A stretch of DNA of 64,000 nt, taken from contig OY782497.1 of the NCBI GenBank assembly GCA_963677705.1, positions 276,285 to 340,284 on the forward strand. Reading direction: 5' to 3'. The notes under the pieces were generated by a model that was not told the DNA's origin, searched no databases, and saw only the letters and a program-made list of their open reading frames with translations. The translations under genes and the position numbers were made by a program. The stretch comes from Myxococcota bacterium. GTDB lineage: Bacteria > Myxococcota_A > SURF-8 > G963677705. Positions 1 through 9,578 of this stretch are shown one piece after another; position 1 is the stretch's first letter, and the number at the start of each line of letters is the position of its first letter.

Positions 1-357
1 CGACAGGATGCCCACCGCTTGCGCCGCCTGAGTCAAGGTGTGATGATGCGGTAATCCTGCTGTTCCCTTTCAAAGAAAAGACTAAATTCTTCATTTCAAT
101 GGGTCGGTATTCTTTATCGGCCCATTGATTCTTTGTCTGTTGGTTTGTGATGGTCTCGTATCGGATGTTTCTCTCTTTTTTATAGAAAAGCGCTAACTAC
201 TTGTCATCTAGGAATAATCACTTCATTGTGAAATTCTGTTGACAAAGAAATGCTGTTTAGTGTAGTTGAATTGTATTCATTGTAACGGATTGTTTGTGTT
301 TCGCCTTGAGGAAAGGTGACTGGTGAGTCGTGTATTAATTTCTAAGGAGGGTTTGGT

Positions 358-765
358 ATGAAAAAGGGATTTTCTTGGCTGGTTCTCATTGCTCTCTTGC
401 TATTCGTCGCGTCTGCTGTGGTTCTTTCCGGCTGCGATGACGATGGAGATGATGATACCGAAAACGGTGACGATGATGACGATGATGACGATGATGACGA
501 TGATGAAGATTACCCACAGCTTTGCACTGAGCTTTTAGAAGATTTGTGTATGGTGTGGGAAGAGGATTGTTGTATTGCGGATTGTGATTGGGATGGTTGT
601 ATGTCAGAGTTGCGTAGTGAAATAAGTTGTAACGATGCAATGGGCATTGATGATAACTATTGGGTTTGTCTGGATGACTTGGATTACTTAGCAGAAGAAG
701 GTTGTGTTGCTGGTCGTGAGGAACTTCCTGCGTCTTGTACTGACGTGATCTTATTTGAAGAATAG
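358..765 (+). CDS. small secreted acidic Cys-rich lipoprotein (hypothetical)
   Basis: RBS AAGGAGG upstream of the ATG. Signal peptide with lipobox LSGC. A poly-Asp tract of about 25 residues (GAT/GAC run at 466-520) is followed by 10 Cys in about 90 aa. Confidence 0.6.
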   Translation: MKKGFSWLVLIALLLFVASAVVLSGCDDDGDDDTENGDDDDDDDDDDDDEDYPQLCTELLEDLCMVWEEDCCIADCDWDGCMSELRSEISCNDAMGIDDNYWVCLDDLDYLAEEGCVAGREELPASCTDVILFEE

Positions 766-990
766 CCATCTGCTCTGCTTCCGACTCCTTATCCCTCCGA
801 TTTTTCGGGGGGATTTTTGTTTCGGTTGATGTTGGAAGGTTGCAGGACTTGGTGGATCACGGTCTGTCACCGCCCCAAGGAAGAGGCATGACCCCAGCTG
901 GTCGGGTCATGCCTTCGTTCCAGGCAGACATCGTCAAAGGCTTGGTTCGCATTTTCAAACCGCTTGTGCTAGGAAGAGCGGGTTGTCTGT

Positions 991-1989
991 TTGAACCATC
1001 CGTTTTCAATGAGGGCGTGTGCCATGTCCAATCGGTGGAAAGATCGTTTGCCGGATGATTTTGAGGGAACGTGTTTGTCCCAGGTGCCGATGCGTAACTA
1101 CACCACCTTTCGTGTGGGCGGCCCGGCGGATGTGGTGGACGTGCGGCGCGTGGACGATGTCATTCACCTGATCCGTTTGTTCCAAACCGAGGGCCAGGGC
1201 TATCATCTGCTGGGTGGAGGAAGTAACCTGGTTATTGATGATGCCGGGTTGACCGAACCGGTGATTGTCTTTCGTGACTCCGAGGCCGAGATCCAGGTCG
1301 AGAACGAGATCCTTTCCGTCTCGGCGGCGATGCCGCTGGATCATCTCGCTCGTTGGTGCGCCGATCAGGGCTTGGAAGGCTTCTCGTTTGCGGTGGGAAT
1401 CCCCGGCACGGTGGGCGGAGCCATTGTCGGAAACGCCGGAGCCTTTGGCCGTCAGGTGGCCGATTGCCTGGAAAGCGTTGAGTTGTTGAATGAGGCGGGG
1501 CAGTGTGAACGCTGGGCTGCGTCACGGCTTGGCTTCGGGTATCGGCAAAGTCGGTTGAAGAGCCAGGCCAGGCCGGTGTTGTCGGCCCGCTTCCGGGTTG
1601 CCAAAGGGGATCGTTCCGCCTTGATGGATGAGATGGACAAAACCTTGGCCTTGCGCCATGAGAAACATCCTGATCTACAGACGGTGCCCAGCGCGGGATC
1701 GTTCTTTCAGAATATCGAGCCGAAATCCAGCGCCGAGCGGCGGCAGGCGGCAGGGTATTGGTTGGAAAAGGCCGGAGCCAAGTCCATGCGCGTGGGAGAT
1801 GCCGCTGTCTTTGAAAAACACGCCAACATGATTGTCAATCTGGGGCAGGCCACAGCCCAAGATATTCTTGCCTTAGCCAAGACCATGCGTGACGCTGTCC
1901 GGGAACAGTTTGGTGTATCCTTGTTGCGTGAAGTGCGCACCGTGCCGGATGCCCTGGGCGCAGGCTTGCCGACAACGCGAGATGCCTGA
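991..1989 (+). CDS. murB: UDP-N-acetylenolpyruvoylglucosamine reductase MurB
   Basis: FAD-binding motif RVGGPADVVDV...LLGGGSNLV and overall MurB-like length and composition. The exact start is ambiguous among M at 991, 1009 and 1024. Confidence 0.85.
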   Translation: MNHPFSMRACAMSNRWKDRLPDDFEGTCLSQVPMRNYTTFRVGGPADVVDVRRVDDVIHLIRLFQTEGQGYHLLGGGSNLVIDDAGLTEPVIVFRDSEAEIQVENEILSVSAAMPLDHLARWCADQGLEGFSFAVGIPGTVGGAIVGNAGAFGRQVADCLESVELLNEAGQCERWAASRLGFGYRQSRLKSQARPVLSARFRVAKGDRSALMDEMDKTLALRHEKHPDLQTVPSAGSFFQNIEPKSSAERRQAAGYWLEKAGAKSMRVGDAAVFEKHANMIVNLGQATAQDILALAKTMRDAVREQFGVSLLREVRTVPDALGAGLPTTRDA

Positions 1990-1999
1990 GGCCTGATTC

Positions 2000-2503
2000 T
2001 CAGGCCAGGCGCATACTCCAAAGAAAGGCGGGTAGGGTGTTCATTTTGAAATGAACCACGCCTTCACTGACCACCTGATTCGTATCCAGGTTGATGACTT
2101 CTCCATAGCAGGTGGTGTGGGTACGATGGAGGTTCCACGGGCGCAGATCACGTTTTTCACCACGGTATTCATAGGGCGTGCCTTGGGCATCCTGAAAGCG
2201 GAACTGATAGCGGATGCTGGCGTCTTGGAAATAACGCAAAGCTAGAATCCCCGTTACCGGAGCGTCATCGACCAGTCCATCCGCGCTCAGGCGCCCCCGT
2301 AGATCCGAAACCAGAAAATCCTTTCCCACCGGATTGAGAAATTTGGAGACATGCGGGCTGCCCCAGGTCACGGTAAAGGAAAAAGGCCGCTCCCTGCCGT
2401 TCACGTCATCCAGAAGGCGGTGGGTTCCGCTCATGGTTTCTTCTACCAGAAAACCGACACGCTGTGCCTGTACCATCGCTTGCAGTTCCGCCAAACGTCC
2501 CAT
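2000..2503 (-). CDS. hypothetical protein
   Basis: 167-aa ORF with coding-like composition, lying between murB and the HAD gene. I recognise no family. Confidence 0.4.
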   Translation of the reverse strand: MGRLAELQAMVQAQRVGFLVEETMSGTHRLLDDVNGRERPFSFTVTWGSPHVSKFLNPVGKDFLVSDLRGRLSADGLVDDAPVTGILALRYFQDASIRYQFRFQDAQGTPYEYRGEKRDLRPWNLHRTHTTCYGEVINLDTNQVVSEGVVHFKMNTLPAFLWSMRLA

Positions 2504-2646
2504 AAAGATACTCCTTCGTTAATGTCATCGTACTCATAACGCATCATGTCACGATTTCAGTTCCTGGGCAACCAAAACTTTGGGTTCTAATCCCCCAAGT
2601 GGGGGAAGCCTCCAAGGCCCACCATCAAGGATGGGGTTCCCCAGCT

Positions 2647-2774
2647 TGCTGACAACGTCATTTCCCCTCACTGGGATGCCTTTCGGCATCCTGTCTCTCC
2701 CAGAGGGAGAGACGACTTTTCCCTCTCCTGCGGGGAGAGGGAAGCGAACAGAGTGAGCGAGGGTGAGGGAAACC
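2647..2774 (+). repeat. MITE/REP-like intergenic repeat, copy 1 (three consecutive hairpins)
   Basis: About 90% identical to the reverse complement of 35304-35430. Internal palindromes: ggatgcctttcggcatcc, tctctccc-agag-ggagaga and ccctctcc-tgcg-gggagagg. Flanked by 22-bp direct repeats ggcccacc(a/c)tcaaggatggg at about 2618-2640 and 2793-2815. Confidence 0.65.
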
Positions 2775-3020
2775 GGGGTTTGTCAATAACCTCGGCCCAC
2801 CCTCAAGGATGGGAACGAGAGACGCCCTCCGTTTTGACAAACGCTGATCTTCCTGGAAATGGGATCAGAACTACAGGTTGTTCGAGGTCATCTGAGGCAC
2901 GACGGAGGCTCTTCGGAGATCTTCCATCTTCTTTTTCCATCGTCACCACGAATGCCTTCTGGGAAATCCGCTTCGTTTGTGATACAACTCGTGCCATGAT
3001 TTTCACCGTGAGGAGTTGGT

Positions 3021-3716
3021 ATGCGTAAGCTGCTCTTGTTCGACATTGATATGACCTTGGTTCGCCCCAAACCCGGTTCCAGCGCCATCGGCGCAATGTA
3101 TCAGGCGATGGAAGAACGCTTTCAGCGTCCCGCCCAGAGCTTCAAACCCATCCGTGTGGATGGCAAAACGGACCCGCTCATTGTTCAGGAATTGCATGAT
3201 GTCAACGGCATCCACTACAACCCGGACACAGACTACGAACCCTTTCTTGCCTGCTACCTGAAGCACCTGGATACCTTGTGCAAACAAGGAGAGCGGGAGG
3301 CGTTGCCCGGTGCGGTGGAGTTGGTAAGACTCCTTGAACAAGCCAACCGGTTTCATTTGGCAGTGGTGACGGGAAACGACCGGCGCGGCGCGGCGATGAA
3401 GTTGGCCGCCGTCGGCCTGGAAAAATCTTTCCCCGTCGGTGCCTATGGCTCCGATTCCGCCATTCGGGAAGACCTGGTTCCGCTGGCTTTGTCCAGAGCC
3501 AAAGAGCATTACCGTTATCCCATGTATTTGGAAAATACTGTGATCATCGGAGACAGCCACCGGGATGTGGAAGTCGCTTCGGCGCATGGAACCCGCTGCC
3601 TGGCCGTGGCCACGGGAAGTGCAACGGTTGACGAACTGGAGGCCGCCGGCCCGTGTTTGATCGTCGAGGATTTTTCGGACCCTGAAGCGGTTCTTTGGAT
3701 CTTGGATCGTATCTGA
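3021..3716 (+). CDS. HAD-superfamily hydrolase
   Basis: N-terminal DxDxT motif (LLFDIDMTLV). RBS GAGGAG upstream. 231 aa. Confidence 0.75.
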   Translation: MRKLLLFDIDMTLVRPKPGSSAIGAMYQAMEERFQRPAQSFKPIRVDGKTDPLIVQELHDVNGIHYNPDTDYEPFLACYLKHLDTLCKQGEREALPGAVELVRLLEQANRFHLAVVTGNDRRGAAMKLAAVGLEKSFPVGAYGSDSAIREDLVPLALSRAKEHYRYPMYLENTVIIGDSHRDVEVASAHGTRCLAVATGSATVDELEAAGPCLIVEDFSDPEAVLWILDRI

Positions 3717-3755
3717 CGGTTTGCAGAAACCATCCCATTTTCTGGAGGTTTTCCT

Positions 3756-4307
3756 ATGATCGCCTTGCTTGTCTTGCTTGTGTTGCTGCTTGCGTTATCC
3801 CTCTACGCCATGACGGCCTACAACCGATTGGTTCGGGCTCGTAACACGGTGAAGAATGCCTTTCATCAGGTGGATGTTCAACTGAAGCGCCGCCACGATC
3901 TGATTCCCAATCTGGTGGAAGTGGTGAAAGAGGCGATGAGCTATGAGAAGGAAACCTTGGAAAAGGTGATCCAGGCTCGGAACATGGCCGTCGGGGCGCA
4001 ATCCATGCGAGAAAAAGCCCAGCAGGAAAACATGTTGACCTCGGCCTTGAAAAGCCTCTTCGCCGTGGTGGAAAACTACCCGGAGTTGAAGGCCAATCAG
4101 AACGTGATGCAACTGCAGGGCGAACTTACGGGAACGGAGAACAAGCTGGCTCATGCTCGACGCTTTTACAATGATTGCGTGCTGGCCTTCAACAACCTTT
4201 GTGACGTGATTCCCACCAACATCATCGCCGGAATGTTCAATTTCAAAAAAGCCGATTACTTCGAGGCGCCCGACGAGGAAAAACAGGTGCCCAAGGTTTC
4301 GTTCTAG
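3756..4307 (+). CDS. lemA: LemA family protein
   Basis: N-terminal TM helix followed by the conserved YNRLVRARNTVKNAFHQVDVQLKRRHDLIPNLVE LemA signature. Confidence 0.85.
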   Translation: MIALLVLLVLLLALSLYAMTAYNRLVRARNTVKNAFHQVDVQLKRRHDLIPNLVEVVKEAMSYEKETLEKVIQARNMAVGAQSMREKAQQENMLTSALKSLFAVVENYPELKANQNVMQLQGELTGTENKLAHARRFYNDCVLAFNNLCDVIPTNIIAGMFNFKKADYFEAPDEEKQVPKVSF

Positions 4308-4374
4308 CTGCGCTATAGGCGCGGCATGGATGCCGTGTGATACGCCTTGTTATTCTCCCTCTACAATCAACGAA

Positions 4375-4399
4375 GGGACTCCGTGAGGGAGTCCCTTTC
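4375..4399. terminator. intrinsic terminator hairpin between convergent lemA and tatD
   Basis: gggactcc-gtgag-ggagtccc, an 8-bp GC-rich stem, followed by tttcgagcgtttt. Confidence 0.45.
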
Positions 4400-4422
4400 G
4401 AGCGTTTTCCGGTGTTACCTCT

Positions 4423-5238
4423 CTAGGCTTCATTCAAGCCCAGGCCGAAGAGATCCACCGCGTTTTTGCCGGTTTCCCGGATCACCTCATCGACCGCGAT
4501 GTCTTTATGCTTGGCAATGGCTTCTGCGACGTAGCGGATCATCCACGGTTCGTTCCGTTTTCCCCGATAAGGCACCGGCGTAAGAAAAGGCCCGTCTGTT
4601 TCCAAAAGAAGGTGGGAAAGAGGGATTTCTCGTGCGACTTCATGAAGGTTGGTTGCTTTCTTGAATGTGACAATGCCACCCAGCGCCAGATAGAAACCAA
4701 GCTCATCAATCACCTTTCTTCCAAACTCGGCATCTGCCGAGAAGCAGTGGAATACGCCGGGAATCTCTGCTGCGCCTTCCTCCTTCAAAATGGAAAGAAT
4801 CTCCTCGTGGGCGTCGCGGTCATGGATAATCAGTGGAACGTGCAGGCTTTTGGCCAGAGATACGTGGGCTCGAAGATTCTGCCGCTGCTCATCCGGTGTG
4901 GAGCGGTTGTAAAAGAAGTCCAGGCCGGTTTCACCCAAGGCCAGACACTTGGCTTCACGTTCAAGCATCTCTGCGTAGCGGTCCAGCAAGGCCGGTGAGG
5001 AAAGATGGGCATCGTGAGGATGTAAGCCGACGGTGCTGTACAATTCGTCATGGCGATTGGCCAAGGCCACGGCCTGTTTCGCGCTGGTTTCACCGTAGCC
5101 GGAGCCGATGACCAGAACCCGTTGAATCCGGTTCTCGCGGCAGCGTTCCAGAACCTCCGGCAAGTCTTCGTTGTAATCTTCGGCGTACAAATGGCAGTGT
5201 GTATCAATCAACATGGTGCGTTCTTCTCGTTGGGTCAT
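4423..5238 (-). CDS. tatD: TatD family metal-dependent hydrolase/DNase
   Basis: N-terminal LIDTHCHL motif and TatD-like His/Asp/Glu pattern. 271 aa. Confidence 0.85.
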   Translation of the reverse strand: MTQREERTMLIDTHCHLYAEDYNEDLPEVLERCRENRIQRVLVIGSGYGETSAKQAVALANRHDELYSTVGLHPHDAHLSSPALLDRYAEMLEREAKCLALGETGLDFFYNRSTPDEQRQNLRAHVSLAKSLHVPLIIHDRDAHEEILSILKEEGAAEIPGVFHCFSADAEFGRKVIDELGFYLALGGIVTFKKATNLHEVAREIPLSHLLLETDGPFLTPVPYRGKRNEPWMIRYVAEAIAKHKDIAVDEVIRETGKNAVDLFGLGLNEA

Positions 5239-5475
5239 GGGGTTCCATTTTCAGCATCAGGAGATCGTTCTCCGATTTGGGGACCATACTTGAAAGAGCC
5301 TGGAGCATCAAGTCGGAAACGTCAGAGGATGTCATGAAAAAGAAAATACTCCATTGAAAAGACGGAAAGATTGCATTCCCTGGGCAAATTCCTTATACTG
5401 GCTCATGTTATACGATTCACGACGGGACATGTCGATCATCGGGCAACCAGCCCGGTACCAACCAGGGAGTTCCCT

Positions 5476-6196
5476 TATGGAAGAACGGCATCGGGATATG
5501 TTGGCCCAGGGAAAGAAGCTTTTTGCCCAGGAAAACTGGCACGGAGCCTTGAAATACCTTACGGATTTCGTTGATGAGGTGGAAGGTTTCGCTGACGTGT
5601 ACAACATGATCGGGGTTTCCTTTTTGCAGCTTTCCAATCCGGAGGCGGCCAAGCAGGCTCTGAAGCGCTCGCTGGAAATCAACCCTGGTTTTCGTGAAGC
5701 ACGGATGAACATGCTCTTGTGCTGCAACGAATTGGGGGAAGACCCCATGCCCTGGATGATTACTCCGTCACCGACGGAATCCGAAGAGATGGTCAGTGAA
5801 GACCTGGCGAACAAAGTCGCCAATATGTATAAGGATATCGGGAGCCTGTTTTTACAGACCAACCGCCCGGCGTTGGCTGTCGAAGAGTTTCGTCGTGCCT
5901 TGCAGTGGCGTGATGGGTTTCATGATATCCGTATGCTCCTGGCTCAAGCGCTGCGTGAGCAGAACCTTTACGAAGAGGCCCAAACCGAGTACGAAAGCAT
6001 TCTGGAAGCCAAGCCCAACTACGTACAAGCCTTTGTTCAGCGCGGTTTGTGCTATTATTACGCCGGGGAACTGGACAAAGCCCGCCTTTCGTGGGAAAAA
6101 GCGAAAGAGATAGATCCGGAAAGCCGCCTTGTTGCGGTGTACTTGTCCAAGTTGGAGAGCCACTCCAAGGAACCGATTGAGGAAACACCGACATGA
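5476..6196 (+). CDS. TPR-repeat protein
   Basis: Repeated 34-aa helical TPR-like units (AxxxYxxAL patterns). The start is chosen at MEERHRD, which has a GGGAG RBS; the ORF is open from 5354. The stop overlaps the next gene's ATG (ATGA). Confidence 0.6.
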
Positions 6197-8601
6197 CCTC
6201 GTCACGACTTCGTATTCTTCTTCCCGCCATGTTGTTTCTGGCGGGTTTCTTGTCTTCATTCTGCCTTTGGGCCGACGAAATCCGAGACGCCAACGAGCGG
6301 CAGTTGTATACCATCCGCCTTTTGCCGATCGACGAAAACCGGACCCTCCAATTTGATGGGTTGCGCCTGCGGGATCGCTATGGGGACAGGCTTCTTCTGG
6401 AAGCCAATGACAAGGCGTTTTCCCGCTTGCTGGACCTGGGCTATGATCCCCAGGCCGTGCCGCGTGACCCGGCCTTGCCCGGTGAGCAATCCCTGAAGGT
6501 TGATACCTTTCACAAGCATGAAGACGTGGAAGCCATTCTGGCCGATCGTGCCCTACGCTATCCCAACCTGGTGCGCCTGATTCATCTTGGGCAGAGTGGG
6601 GAAGGGCGCAGTATCGACATGCTGAAGATCAGTGACAACCCCGGCCAGGATGAGGAAGAGCCGGAATTGCGGGTTTTAGGCTGCCATCACGGCAACGAGC
6701 TGATGAGCGTGGAAATTCCCCTGGTGATTATCGACACCTTGCTGGAAGGCTATGGTTCGGATGATCGCATTACCAGTCTGGTCAACGATACGGAGTTGTA
6801 CATTGCTCCTTTGGTCAACCCTGATGGTCGTGAGCGGCAGCGGCGGGAAAATGCCTCGGACATCGACCTGAACCGCAATTATGGTTACCAATGGCACTTG
6901 ACCAGTGGTTCCAGCGACCAGCCTTTCACGGAGTCGGAAGTCCGTTCCGTGGTCGATCAGATGTTGAACCGCCACTACCTGATGAGCCTGAGTTTTCATA
7001 CCACGGCAGCGTATATCAACTACGTCTGGAATTACAGCCCCAGAGACACGCCGGATGAAGACCTGATATACGACCTGAGTGAAATCTATGAAGGACCAAC
7101 GGGCTATGAAGTGACCAACGGTTATGACTGGTATCAGACCTATGGTGATACCAACGACTTCAGCTACGGCTCGATGGGTGTCCTGGACTGGACCATTGAA
7201 ACCGATAACGAAGACATTCCCGCCGTGACCCAGATGAACCTGGAAGCCACCTTGGATCTCTTTGATGAAGCCCGTGGCGGGATTGCCGGAACGGTGACCG
7301 ATGCGGACAACGGAGCGCCCTTGCAAGCCCTGGTCATTGCCGATCCGGCGACCTGGCCCGTGTATTCCGATCCGGCCAACGGTTACTTTCATCGCTTGGT
7401 CAAGCCTGCCGACGAGCCGCAAAACCTATGGGTCTTCGCCAACGGCTACGAACCGAAGATTGTGTCCAACGTGATGCCCGGTGCGCTTAATGCCACAATG
7501 ACCGATGTCGTGTTGGAACCCAGTGAAGACCAAGCCACGTATGCAATGCGGGTGATGGCGGTGACCATGCACTATCGGCATACGGAAGTTCCCTGGTACA
7601 GTCTTGGGCCTGCCGACGGAGAAGCCTTCGCGATGGATCAACAAGGCGTGCTGGTTTTGGATCTCGGCCAGGAAGTGAGCTTGGATGATCAAAGCGTGCT
7701 GAAGATTCACTGCTCCCGTGAAGAAGGGGAGCAGGTGAAGGTCTACCTCTCTGATTCCTATTGGAAAGACTGGGCCTATATCGGTGATGTCAGTGGAACG
7801 CAGGATCTTGACCTCAGTACCCTTCAGGGAATGAATGTCCGCTATGTGCGTCTTGAAGATCAGGGCAACGCTTCGGGAACCCAGACCGATGGCTTTGATC
7901 TGGATGCCGTTTCGCTTCTGTTGGGTGAGCCCTCACGCCCGGATGGAGATGAAGATGGTGATGTGACGGATGGGGATGAGCCCGCCGACGGCGATGAACC
8001 TTTCTCCTGCGTAGAGAACTCCTGCTATCGCTTGACCCAGGTCATGAGTGAAGGGGATGCGACGACGGCCACCGGCCCGTGGACCTTCCTGGACGAGTCC
8101 ATCTGTTTGGCCCGCATTCATGTCTGTGCCGTGCCGGACAACGGCGTCGCCTATGATCTGACCCTCCGCTATGACTCCCAGGAAGAGCGCTGGCAAGGTC
8201 CGACGGGTTGTACGTTCAATGCCGCTTCTGAAGGGGAGTGGGAATCCGAGGGGCAGGGTTGCGGCGTGGATGCCTTGGTCACATCGTTGAGTTTGCGCAG
8301 TGTGGAAAGCTCAGGCTGTGAGGACGCCGTGGTTTGCTCTGACGGGATGCCCACTGATGACGACGATGATACCACCAGGGATGATGATGACGATGATACA
8401 TCGGACGATGATGATGACAGCATCCGTGATGACGATGATGAAACGGTGGATGATGACGATGACAATAGCGGTTCCGCAGCCTTGGTGAGCCAGAGTTCCT
8501 CTGGTTGCGCCCAACAAGCGGTAACCTCCTGGCTGGCCTTGGGCTTGCTGCTTCTGCTTGGTGGTCTGCATCGCCGTCGGGTGATGGACAGCCCTCGTTA
8601 A
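6193..8601 (+). CDS. secreted M14-family zinc carboxypeptidase with a C-terminal poly-Asp region and a MYXO-CTERM-like sorting tail
   Basis: Signal peptide. HHGNELMS (HxxE zinc ligands) and the NPDGRE motif of M14 peptidases. C-terminal DDDDD tracts. The tail ends in GC + hydrophobic helix + RRR (SSGCAQQAVTSWLALGLLLLLGGLHRRR). Confidence 0.7.
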   Translation: MTSSRLRILLPAMLFLAGFLSSFCLWADEIRDANERQLYTIRLLPIDENRTLQFDGLRLRDRYGDRLLLEANDKAFSRLLDLGYDPQAVPRDPALPGEQSLKVDTFHKHEDVEAILADRALRYPNLVRLIHLGQSGEGRSIDMLKISDNPGQDEEEPELRVLGCHHGNELMSVEIPLVIIDTLLEGYGSDDRITSLVNDTELYIAPLVNPDGRERQRRENASDIDLNRNYGYQWHLTSGSSDQPFTESEVRSVVDQMLNRHYLMSLSFHTTAAYINYVWNYSPRDTPDEDLIYDLSEIYEGPTGYEVTNGYDWYQTYGDTNDFSYGSMGVLDWTIETDNEDIPAVTQMNLEATLDLFDEARGGIAGTVTDADNGAPLQALVIADPATWPVYSDPANGYFHRLVKPADEPQNLWVFANGYEPKIVSNVMPGALNATMTDVVLEPSEDQATYAMRVMAVTMHYRHTEVPWYSLGPADGEAFAMDQQGVLVLDLGQEVSLDDQSVLKIHCSREEGEQVKVYLSDSYWKDWAYIGDVSGTQDLDLSTLQGMNVRYVRLEDQGNASGTQTDGFDLDAVSLLLGEPSRPDGDEDGDVTDGDEPADGDEPFSCVENSCYRLTQVMSEGDATTATGPWTFLDESICLARIHVCAVPDNGVAYDLTLRYDSQEERWQGPTGCTFNAASEGEWESEGQGCGVDALVTSLSLRSVESSGCEDAVVCSDGMPTDDDDDTTRDDDDDDTSDDDDDSIRDDDDETVDDDDDNSGSAALVSQSSSGCAQQAVTSWLALGLLLLLGGLHRRRVMDSPR

Positions 8602-8629
8602 CGAGCAGACGATCCAATGCAGATGGGTT

Positions 8630-8935
8630 CTAATCCTTGTTGACAAGCGTCGCCGGGCCGGCGTTCCCGGCGATGCGTTCGTATTCTCCCTTGCCGGCAC
8701 GCTTGTAGGTGGTGAAGCCTTTTTTCGCAGCCTTGTCGTAATCGACTTTCCCCAGAGCCATATCACGGGACTTGGTCGCTAACGCAGGCGAACTGACATG
8801 CAAAACCAGTTCTCCGTCTCCTGCGAAATCGTCGGCGACGCAGTCGTCTTCACAATGGCTGCGGCTCTCATGGATACCGTGAAGCAATTCCAGTTTCTTT
8901 CCGCATTTTTGACAGGTGTATTCGTAAATCGGCAT
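8630..8935 (-). CDS. FmdB-family zinc-ribbon protein
   Basis: Starts MPIYEYTCQKCGK with CxxC...CxxxC. The start is set at the internal Met typical of FmdB proteins; the ORF is open to 8998. Confidence 0.6.
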   Translation of the reverse strand: MPIYEYTCQKCGKKLELLHGIHESRSHCEDDCVADDFAGDGELVLHVSSPALATKSRDMALGKVDYDKAAKKGFTTYKRAGKGEYERIAGNAGPATLVNKD

Positions 8936-9027
8936 GGATGAGACTCCGTCTGGTTTCACAAGGTCACGGGGTACAAGGTAAGCAGGATGTCGCCACACGC
9001 AAGGCGTAGGATGCCTGATGGGTCGCC

Positions 9028-9519
9028 TTAAGATTTTTCATGAAAGCGATCGTCCGCTTCGTTCCGTCCCTTCGGTTGGCGTTGATCCAACCACCCGGCG
9101 CGGGCTTCAGGATAGGCATCAAACATCGGCACGTAGGGTTTGATGTCCAGCAAAGGTGTCTGATCCAGAATATCCACTTCGGAAAGAATCAGCCGGTTGC
9201 CTTGAATGCCTTCCAGGCGCACGCAAGAGATGCCGATGCCGTTGGGGCGTTTCGGGGCGCGGGTGGCGAAAAGCCCCCGTTCCACGGTGTCGCGAAAGGG
9301 GATCACCTTGGCTTTCCACTGCGTGGCGCGGTCGAAGTGATAAAAAAGCCAGATCCGTTCAAAGCCGTCCAGGTCCGCCAAGGCATCCAGATATTCTGGA
9401 TCAAGATCCACATAGCCCCGGTAAGCTTCCGCGAAGCGCGGCTGAATGGGGGTGCCTTGGGCCTGCTGGTGGTCGGAATGAATCACCCCGATGGGTTGAA
9501 AACAAATGGTTGATCTCAT
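9028..9519 (-). CDS. trmO: tRNA (adenine37-N6)-methyltransferase TrmO/TsaA (YaeB family)
   Basis: YaeB-like motifs (IGVIHSD, RPNGIGIS, LLDIKPYVP). About 163 aa from M at 9519. Confidence 0.8.
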   Translation of the reverse strand: MRSTICFQPIGVIHSDHQQAQGTPIQPRFAEAYRGYVDLDPEYLDALADLDGFERIWLFYHFDRATQWKAKVIPFRDTVERGLFATRAPKRPNGIGISCVRLEGIQGNRLILSEVDILDQTPLLDIKPYVPMFDAYPEARAGWLDQRQPKGRNEADDRFHEKS

Positions 9520-9578
9520 GGTCTGCTCGATTCCTGAATCGTCGGCCCTCTGGTCCATAAGGAAAGAGGGTGGATGAT

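Noticed and set aside
1-357. Possible promoter TTGACA at 240-245 upstream of the first gene
   Set aside because: No convincing -10 hexamer at 16-18-bp spacing. The AT-rich region is probably a promoter, but the elements could not be pinned down.
430-520. Short tandem GAT/GAC repeat, also at 8340-8460, considered as a CRISPR array or non-coding SSR
   Set aside because: Repeat period is 3 bp with no spacers, and it is in frame within ORFs encoding poly-Asp. There are no cas genes and no direct repeats of 25-40 bp anywhere in the window.
386-769. 127-aa His/Arg-repeat ORF on the minus strand
   Set aside because: Antisense reading of the GAT/GAC poly-Asp microsatellite (ATC/GTC gives His/Arg/Ile runs). 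The plus-strand lipoprotein has an RBS and signal peptide.
840-1058. 72-aa ORF upstream of and overlapping murB
   Set aside because: No RBS and it overlaps the murB start region. Probably non-coding leader.
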